Part shown: positions 28,877 to 36,700 of the stretch, in pieces
Position numbering within the stretch: position 1 is the first letter of the stretch
How the letters are laid out: each line of letters opens with the position of its first letter
IMG/VR virus record: IMGVR_UViG_3300027972_000016
Location: 1 to 52,534 of that record
DNA from: a virus
Taxonomy: Duplodnaviria > Caudoviricetes
DNA length: 52,534 nucleotides
Reading direction: 5' to 3' (one strand)
Translations under genes and position numbers: made by a program
Notes under the pieces: generated by a model
Databases searched by the model: none
Told to the model about the DNA's origin: nothing
The model's input: only the letters and a program-made list of their open reading frames with translations

Positions 28877-29439
28877 GTACTTGTAAAAAATGTGGATGTG
28901 AAGATAAATTCTTAACACCTGCTCCTTGCCCAGATCCTATTGGATGTCCAGAACCAGAACCATGTTCTGAGCTATTTGATGCACAGTGTGTTCAATACAC
29001 TGGAACTAGTATAACTTGTGGTGAGGAAACAATTGTACCTACTAATACAGATCTTGCAACAGCATTAAATTCAATAGCTGACTTAGCATGTAACCCAACA
29101 ATACCTGTTGCAAATAAATATGTTCAACTATTTGATAGTGAAATACCAGGTAGAGTTCAAAGTACATTAGTAAATATAACAGGTCCTGTAACATATGAAT
29201 GGAGTTTTGCAGATAATGCTGAAGATTTTACATTCTCAGGTGCTACAAATCTTTCTTATGTTAATTTAGTTTCTGTAGCAACAAACGGTCATTCTGCTGT
29301 TCTTGCAGATACAGCTGGTACAGCATCAACTAAATCTTGGAGAATGATGACATTATTAAAATTAAAAGTAACAGATGCAGCTGGTAATGTATATAGAGAT
29401 ACTTTCTTTTATATTCAAACTATAGGAACTTTTTTATAA
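28873..29439 (+). CDS. Cys-rich N-terminal fibre protein with an Ig/PKD-like C-terminal domain
   Basis: CKKCGCEDKFLTPAPCP...CVQYTG N-terminus, and GPVTYEWSF...LKVTDAAG Ig-like segment. Confidence 0.6.
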   Translation: MSTCKKCGCEDKFLTPAPCPDPIGCPEPEPCSELFDAQCVQYTGTSITCGEETIVPTNTDLATALNSIADLACNPTIPVANKYVQLFDSEIPGRVQSTLVNITGPVTYEWSFADNAEDFTFSGATNLSYVNLVSVATNGHSAVLADTAGTASTKSWRMMTLLKLKVTDAAGNVYRDTFFYIQTIGTFL

Positions 29440-29445
29440 AAAATT

Positions 29446-30714
29446 ATGGCAAATACAAATTGTAAAAAGTGCGGGTGTCAAGATAAGTTCTTAACTCCAG
29501 CACCATGTCCAGAACCTCAAGGATGTCCTCAGCCTGAAAATTGCTCAGAGATATTTAATGCAGGTTGTATAGAATATACAGGAACTAACATTACATGTGA
29601 TGATGAAATTATTGTAGCTACTGGAGATAGAGTATCTGATGCGTTAATTGCTATAGCAGATCTTGCTTGTAATAGTGCACCTCTATGTAATATACAAGTT
29701 ACTATAACTAGTCAATCTGAGTATTTTCCTATATTAGAATCTAATATAGTAGGAGGAACAGCTCCTTATACATATAGTTGGAGTATAGTACAAGGACCAT
29801 TTGTAGGTCACACTATAATTGGAGTAACTAATGCTGCTGATTTAAATTTAGAGTGTATAGGTGCAAATGGTTTACAAAATGGAGAAGAAACAGTTAAAAT
29901 ATCTAGTATAAGATTAGATGTTACTGATGCTGCTGGATGTAAAGAATCTGTATATTATACATATGCTAGTCCATGTTATCCAATATTTACTAGACTACAA
30001 CCGGCTTTACCTCCATATGCAGGTGGACAGGGTGTTGAATTTTTTCCTATACCTTATGGTGGTATTGATTTTATGGATGATGTAACACAAATGCCAACAT
30101 GTGAAGAGTTAACAACTATGATATGTCCAGATTCTGAAACTTATGATATGGAAGAAACTGAGTTTGAAACAGCTAGAGATACATTTAATTATTATACTTA
30201 TTCTAATTTAAATGCTGAGTATTATGGTCTCCCTAATAATGATCCTATAGATTATACAATATATGAACCAGGAGAATTAGGTGATCAATTAGTATTTTAT
30301 AAAGGAGGATTAAAAACTGTAAATATATCATATGCCTGTCCTGCATCTACTTATGTTGGATGGACAACACCAGATCTTTTATTAGGTGGAGACAGTGTTG
30401 CAGATAGACTTCCCACTGTAGTTAATATAACTTGGTTAACTGCTGTTGCTAATGTTGGTTTATTACCTGTTACAGCACAACCTGGAGATGCTATTAAAGA
30501 TTTAAACACAAATATTAAATATTTATGGGATCCAACCTTAACTGCTTGGAGTCAAGATTTATATACAGCATATTTTACTAAAGTTGGAAATACTAAAGAA
30601 TATCAAATTGCAGTATTAAAAGCAGCAACTGATGCTGTAATAAGATCTATGAGACCTTTTACATGGGCCGCTGATTATGCTCCATGCCATAGATTAAGAA
30701 AAGAAATTATATAA
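29446..30714 (+). CDS. Chimeric fibre-like protein (Cys-rich N-terminus, Ig-like domain, domain shared with 26884..27774)
   Basis: The N-terminus is nearly identical to 28873. GGTAPYTYSWS...LDVTDAAGC is Ig/SprB-like. The C-terminal half is paralogous to 26884. Confidence 0.65.
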   Translation: MANTNCKKCGCQDKFLTPAPCPEPQGCPQPENCSEIFNAGCIEYTGTNITCDDEIIVATGDRVSDALIAIADLACNSAPLCNIQVTITSQSEYFPILESNIVGGTAPYTYSWSIVQGPFVGHTIIGVTNAADLNLECIGANGLQNGEETVKISSIRLDVTDAAGCKESVYYTYASPCYPIFTRLQPALPPYAGGQGVEFFPIPYGGIDFMDDVTQMPTCEELTTMICPDSETYDMEETEFETARDTFNYYTYSNLNAEYYGLPNNDPIDYTIYEPGELGDQLVFYKGGLKTVNISYACPASTYVGWTTPDLLLGGDSVADRLPTVVNITWLTAVANVGLLPVTAQPGDAIKDLNTNIKYLWDPTLTAWSQDLYTAYFTKVGNTKEYQIAVLKAATDAVIRSMRPFTWAADYAPCHRLRKEII

Positions 30715-30724
30715 AAAATTAAAT

Positions 30725-31294
30725 ATGGCAGGAAGTTTAAATTTAATTGCTGATTATTATAATAATGGTTTTATTGGAAATTGCAATCCTTTATATTCAG
30801 AGCCTATAACAGCTAATGCTTGGTTTGTAGCAAAACAAGCATTTACTCAAGAAAGAGACACTCATAATGCAGCAGCAAATGCTTTTTTTCAAGCAGCTTT
30901 TGCTATGAGATTATCTTATGATGGAGATGATCAAATTCCACCTAACTGTTTTACAACAGCAGGGATTGCTATTATAGAAGATGCTTATTATGGACCAACA
31001 GGTTGGTGGGAAAAATCTTTTGACTTCCGTAAAATATCAATGTTATTTTGGAACTCATTACAACAAGATCCATATAAATTTTATGGTACTTCCACTAATT
31101 TTATAAATAAACCATTACCAGACGGTACAAGTGTACCTGTTAGTTGGGTAACTGATTATGATTTATACCCTACAGTTACAAGAGCACTATATGAAGAATA
31201 TAGAACTAAATTAGAAAGTCAAATGCATGCACTTAAAGTATTATTTAAATTAATAAATAATGATACTTTTCCAACCTTTAATATACCGTCTTAG
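30725..31294 (+). CDS. Hypothetical protein
   Basis: 189-aa ORF, last gene before the hairpin/terminator. Confidence 0.65.
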   Translation: MAGSLNLIADYYNNGFIGNCNPLYSEPITANAWFVAKQAFTQERDTHNAAANAFFQAAFAMRLSYDGDDQIPPNCFTTAGIAIIEDAYYGPTGWWEKSFDFRKISMLFWNSLQQDPYKFYGTSTNFINKPLPDGTSVPVSWVTDYDLYPTVTRALYEEYRTKLESQMHALKVLFKLINNDTFPTFNIPS

Positions 31295-31332
31295 TTAGTT
31301 AGTTGCAGTTTGTTGGTTACTGTAGCAACAAC
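31294..31332 (+). ncRNA. Candidate structured regulatory RNA hairpin with loop UUGUUGGUU
   Basis: GTT-A-GTT-A-GTTGCAGT [TTGTTGGTT] ACTGTAGC-AAC-AAC pairs into a long stem with G-U pairs and two bulged As. The loop is the reverse complement of the leader motif AACCAACAA. Confidence 0.45.
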
Positions 31333-31367
31333 GGCAGAGCCCCCGCACTTGTGGGGGTTTTGTTTTT
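31333..31367 (+). terminator. Rho-independent terminator
   Basis: GGCAGAGCCCCCGC-ACTT-GTGGGGGTTTTGTT followed by TTT. Unusually GC-rich for this window. Confidence 0.85.
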
Positions 31368-31371
31368 ATGG

Positions 31372-31407
31372 TATATTTGTTAAAGTCATATATTTTTAGT
31401 ATATTAT
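31372..31407 (+). promoter_or_regulatory. Promoter-like elements for the ring/muzzle operon
   Basis: TATATTTG (Bacteroidota -7 consensus TAnnTTTG) at 31372-31379 and TTTTTAGTATATTAT at 31393-31407. Confidence 0.4.
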
Positions 31408-31408
31408 T

Positions 31409-31990
31409 ATGAAAGAATTTAAAAAACCAGATGTAACTGCACCAAGATTTAGACCTGAAGTTTATAACATTTTAAACAAAGAGTTCTTTGAAAAATTTAA
31501 AATAAAATATCCAAAGTATAAGAACATTGGAAACAAAATTTTAAAGAATTATGCAAAGACATTTAACAAGATGGTATATCAGACAGTAATAGATACAAGA
31601 GATGGTGTACAGTTACCTGAACAAATTGGATGGTTATTTATTGGGACTTGTCAACAAAGTAAAAAACAGAATACTGACTTTGCAAAATCCCGGACATATG
31701 GTATGAGAGTTTCAAATAATAATTGGGCTACAGATGGAAAACTGGCCAAGATATTTTTTACAACTTATGCACCAAAACATAAAATTAAAAATAGAGAATT
31801 CTGGTCTTTTGTAGCATGTAGAGATTTTAAAAGAACAGTAGCTAAAACATATCCTGAAAATTGGAACATGTATGTAGCAGTTGACAACTTACAAGAATTA
31901 AAATTAATCTATAATAAAGCTTTATATAAAGACTATAGAATCAAACAAACTAAGGAAGCTTTAAAAAATTATAATGAGTTTGAATTATGA
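31409..31990 (+). CDS. Divergent IHF/HU-like protein of the crAss-like tail module
   Basis: IDTRDGVQLPEQIGWLFIG resembles the HU beta-arm. Its position before the ring/tubular genes fits crAss-like synteny (recalled). Confidence 0.55.
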   Translation: MKEFKKPDVTAPRFRPEVYNILNKEFFEKFKIKYPKYKNIGNKILKNYAKTFNKMVYQTVIDTRDGVQLPEQIGWLFIGTCQQSKKQNTDFAKSRTYGMRVSNNNWATDGKLAKIFFTTYAPKHKIKNREFWSFVACRDFKRTVAKTYPENWNMYVAVDNLQELKLIYNKALYKDYRIKQTKEALKNYNEFEL

Positions 31991-32658
31991 CAACAATAGG
32001 TGAAGCAGTATCAAGAGTTAGAAATACACTAAAAGCAGTTAAGGAAGATGCTTTCTTAACTGACAGAACTATTTATTATTCTTTATATAAATATGGTCAA
32101 ACTCTATTAAAAAGAGAAGATAACCAATATAAACTTATGAAGATAAGTTCAATATTTTCTGTTTTACCATATGTAGAGTTAATTGATGTAGATAGAGTAC
32201 AGGCAGGATGCGTTGGTGTATACTCTGGATGTTATTTCAAAAGATCAAAAGAAAAAATTCCAAATATATTAAGTGGATCATTTGGTCCTATTATCCGTAC
32301 AGTATCATCAATAGATGGTATGACAGAAATGTTCCGTACAGAACCTGGTACATGGGTTTCAATTACAAAATCAACTACATACAAATATAACAAAAGACAA
32401 TACTTTTGGTTCTTAGATGGTTATTTATATTGTCCTAATGTAGATTGGGATGCTATAAAAGTTGAAGCAATATTTGAAGGTGATACTTCTGGTCAAACTT
32501 GTGTTACACAAGATGACTGTAAAATTAGACAAGATCAACCATTACCTTTTCCAGAATATTTATTTTCTGAAATTGAACAGTTTGTAATAAAAGAATTAAC
32601 CATGACTATGCAAGTTCCATCTGATGGTTCTGATGATGGTCAAAACTCATTAAGATAA
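31987..32658 (+). CDS. Tail ring protein
   Basis: 223 aa, ATGA-coupled, with YFWFLDGYLY...VEAIFE...FP. Syntenic with crAss-like ring genes. Confidence 0.55.
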   Translation: MTTIGEAVSRVRNTLKAVKEDAFLTDRTIYYSLYKYGQTLLKREDNQYKLMKISSIFSVLPYVELIDVDRVQAGCVGVYSGCYFKRSKEKIPNILSGSFGPIIRTVSSIDGMTEMFRTEPGTWVSITKSTTYKYNKRQYFWFLDGYLYCPNVDWDAIKVEAIFEGDTSGQTCVTQDDCKIRQDQPLPFPEYLFSEIEQFVIKELTMTMQVPSDGSDDGQNSLR

Positions 32659-33713
32659 TGGACTTTAACTATACACTTAAATATAGAACATTTGACCAGT
32701 TGCTGGAAGATGTTACTATTGATCTACATACTTTTGCTTTAGAGAATATGATAGAGCCTCAACAGCTTATCAAGTTAGCTAGAAAAATAAATTATGATTT
32801 AGGTCTAAGAATAAATCAAACTAAAGAAGAAGTTCTTGAAGTTTGTCATGGTAGAGTAAAATTACCTGATGATTTTTATGTTTGGAACTTTGGTATGACT
32901 TGTCATGAGAGAACAGAACATGTTGGTTATGATGGTATGGTTGGTGGTACTAATATACAAGAAGTACCATATCCTGCTGTAAGATACAATGAAGTTCCGG
33001 GATCAGTTGATATGTGTGCTGCTCCAACTGTAAATTGTAGGACTTGTAATTCTAATCCTTGCAATAATACCGCAGCTTGTGATCTTAATCATCCTATAGT
33101 AGATCCTATACCTACCTCTGTAGATCCTAATAATCCTTTTGGTAATACTTGTATTGCTCCAAGAGTATTTATGAACTGTAAAGGAGATAAGTATGAATTG
33201 ATCCAAGTAGTTAAATCTGGTTTAACCAGAAGCTATAGAGCATTAGTTCCACTAAGAATGAAAGCTAGTCAAGAAATAGATTGTGAATGTCCTAATCTAT
33301 ATTACAATGTATCTGATGAAGGTTGGATAAAAAATGGATTCTTATTTACAACATTTCAAACTGGTACAGTATATATCAATTACCAAGGAGAGATGACAGA
33401 TGAAACTGGTAGTTTAATGGTACCTGATCATCCAAGACTAAATGACTATTATGAGTATGCATTTAAGAAAAGAATACTAGAAAATCTTTATCTTAATGGT
33501 GAAGATGTAGCACAAAGAATACAACTGATAGCTCCTGAATTAAAAGAAGCTAGAAACAATGCTTTAAGTTTAGTAAATACACCAAACTTTAAAGAGCTAG
33601 AACAAATGTGGTGGACAAACAGAAGAGCTCAATACTCTAAATACTATGATATGTTTAAATCATATTCATCTGGCAATTATACAAGATTGAATTTCAACAC
33701 TAGAGTTCTTTAA
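32658..33713 (+). CDS. Tail tubular (ring) protein with a Cys-rich insertion
   Basis: GRVKLPDDF...IKNGFLFTTFQTGTVYINYQG...LMVPDHP...YYEYAFKKRI, immediately upstream of the muzzle-like gene. Confidence 0.65.
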   Translation: MDFNYTLKYRTFDQLLEDVTIDLHTFALENMIEPQQLIKLARKINYDLGLRINQTKEEVLEVCHGRVKLPDDFYVWNFGMTCHERTEHVGYDGMVGGTNIQEVPYPAVRYNEVPGSVDMCAAPTVNCRTCNSNPCNNTAACDLNHPIVDPIPTSVDPNNPFGNTCIAPRVFMNCKGDKYELIQVVKSGLTRSYRALVPLRMKASQEIDCECPNLYYNVSDEGWIKNGFLFTTFQTGTVYINYQGEMTDETGSLMVPDHPRLNDYYEYAFKKRILENLYLNGEDVAQRIQLIAPELKEARNNALSLVNTPNFKELEQMWWTNRRAQYSKYYDMFKSYSSGNYTRLNFNTRVL

Positions 33714-33715
33714 TT

Positions 33716-36700
33716 ATGGCAAAGAAAAATTTACAAGATACTTCTAAAGCAATCACAAACAGTTTTATAAAAGGTCTTAACAAAGATGCTGATCCATCAT
33801 ATGTAACAGAAGGAATGTGGACCCATGCTATCAACATGGTTAATAACTCTAAAATAGGTAAAGTTGGATCTATATCTAATGAGTCTGCAAACTATATTTG
33901 CTTTACTACAGGTTTAACTATGCCACTTACTGTAACTGAGAAATTAGTTATAGGAGTAATATATTTATTTTCTGATAAATGGATTGTGTTTACTGCTGGT
34001 CATGATTCTCAAGGTAGACCTATTTCAGCTGAGATAGGTTTATTTGAAGAAGAGTTATGTTTATACAGACCAATTGTACAAGATCCATGTTTAGCATTTG
34101 ATAAAAGATTTTTAATATCTGGTGCAGCAAGACTAAAATCAGATTGTTCATGGCAAGTGTATTGGGCAGATGGATTAAATCCTGATAGATATTTAAATAT
34201 TGGTGATCCAAAATCTTGGCCTCCTAGTAATTATATTTTTAATGGAGGTACTGGTTTAAATGGTAATTATTACATAGGACCTGCTGGAAGCAAAATACTT
34301 TGGCCAGGTGTACAATGGAATCAAAAATGTACAGATGAAAATGAAATAGTTGTTCCTAAACTTAATTATACTCCTATAGGTTGTATAACTTGTACAAATC
34401 TTAATACTCTTGATTGCACTAGAATAAGAATTGCAAGATTAATGGAAACTCCATGTTTAAATCTTAAACTTGGTGTTCAAGGTGGTACATTAGCTAATGG
34501 TACTTACTTTGCAGTTATTGCATATTTGATTGATGGTCAAAGAGTTACAGATTATTTTTCTCAAAGTAATAACCAACCAGTATTTTATGTAAATGATTTA
34601 GCTGGTTCATTAGATCTTGATGTACATGCAGATTCAGATAACTTTGATGAATTTGAATTAGTAATAGTTCAGAATATAAATCAAGGTACTGTAGCAAAAA
34701 GAATAGGTAATTATTCAACTAAGACAACAAGAATATCTATTGATCAAATTAATCCTTCAAACATAACTGTACCATTAGAACAATTACCTATTGTTACTCC
34801 TGTATATGAGAAATCTGATCAAATGGCTCAACTTAATAGTTATTTGTTAAGAGTTGGTCCAACATCTAAATTTGATTTTAACTATCAACCATTAGCTAAT
34901 TTAATTCAAGCTAAGTGGGCTTCAGTAGAATATCCTGGTGATTATTACATGAAAGGTGGTAACAAAACTAATTACTTGAGAGATGAGGTGTATGCATTTT
35001 TCATCCGCTGGGTATATGACACAGGAGATAAATCTCCTTCTTACCATATTCCAGGTAGAGTTCCTAGAGATTTTAATATTCCTGGTAGCGGAACAATAAA
35101 TGAAACTGCAACAATATATGCACAAGATTCATTAACTACTGATGATAAAACATTTGAAGTATTTAATACTGCTAGCGTAACAACTGGCTCATATGTTGGT
35201 ACTACTACTGATGATGGAGGTACTGTACTTGCTGTAGGAGATATGGGTTACTGGCAGTCATCTGAAAAATATCCAGATAATAGAGCTGATATATGGAATC
35301 CAAGTTATTACTGCTGGACAACTCCTGCTGGTAAAACTGGTGTATATGATCTATGTGGTAAAAATATTAGACATCATAAGTTTCCTGAAGATTATATCAA
35401 TGGAAGTACTAATACTAATGTAACTCATTTTGCATCTAATCCTAATCCTGCTACAGTAGGTAGTCAATATACTATAAGGTTATTAGGTGTATACTTTGAG
35501 AATATTATATTACCAAAAGATAATGATGGTGTTGATATTCCAGGTCTTGTTGGTTATGAAATATTAAGAGGTTCTAGAGAAGGTAATAAAACAATTATTG
35601 CCAAAGGAATGGTTAACAACTTTAGAACCTATAAGTTAAGAGGAGCAATAGGAACTAACCGTACAGGACTGTATGCTAATTATCCATTCAACACTATTAC
35701 ACCTATAACAAGTCCATTAAATGGTCATGCTGCAGGAGTTAATGATCCTTACATACAGTTAAGAGATGCTGATGATAATTACTATAGTCAAGAGATACCG
35801 GAAGATATATTTACTTTCCATTCTCCTGATACTATGTTCCGTACTCCATTTCTTTCTACACAAGAATTTAAGTTGTATGGAGTATTATCTGGTTATAGTA
35901 ATCAACAGTTTCAAGAACCAAGTCAACATCCTAGATTTAAATTACTAGCTGATGATGCAATAAAACCAATGCTTTTACTAGGTATTGCTGAAGCAATTGT
36001 ATCTATGGTAGGTAAAAGAACGGATTCAACACCTAGCATTATTCCTGCTACAGGTGTATCTGATGGTTTAGCTGTTGCTTATGGAGCATATGTAACTGCA
36101 GCTACAGGTCTGCAAACTTTACCAACACCTTTAACTTCTCCAATAACATTATACAATACATTTTTTAATAACTATTATTCATCAGGTGCAGCTATTGCGG
36201 ATATTGGACTAAGTCTTTTAAGTTTACCAACTACAGTAGACGTTGCTGAAGGACTTATAGTAACTGCATTAAATGCTACTTCTATTGCTCAAGTTAATGC
36301 GCCTATTATTAGAACAGGTACAATTGAGTTACCTGACTATGCTTATTTACCAGGGCCCTTAAAAATATTAGGAGGACTAAATCAAGCTTTGTTTTATTTT
36401 TCTGAAGGAGCCGATATAGCATTAAGAATACTATATGCTTCTACTTCTTATAAACAATATGCATTACAACAAATAGCATATGGTTATTATGGAACAATGA
36501 CTCCTCCTTCAATTAATAATCTTAGAAGATTTAAAATTGAAGATAGTTTTTACTTAAGAGATAACATACAAGAAGTTAGTAGATATCAAAATAGTTCTGG
36601 TGCATATGTATCTTATAATATTAACAATCTTAAAAGATCTGCTTCAGTTGTAGTAAGAACAGTAAGTGGTCCTTATAAAGATGCAAGTAAACCTAATGGT

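Noticed and set aside
31294-31367. tRNA or tRNA-like gene
   Set aside because: Two consecutive hairpins with no cloverleaf, T-loop (GTTCRA) or CCA end. Reported instead as an sRNA candidate plus terminator.
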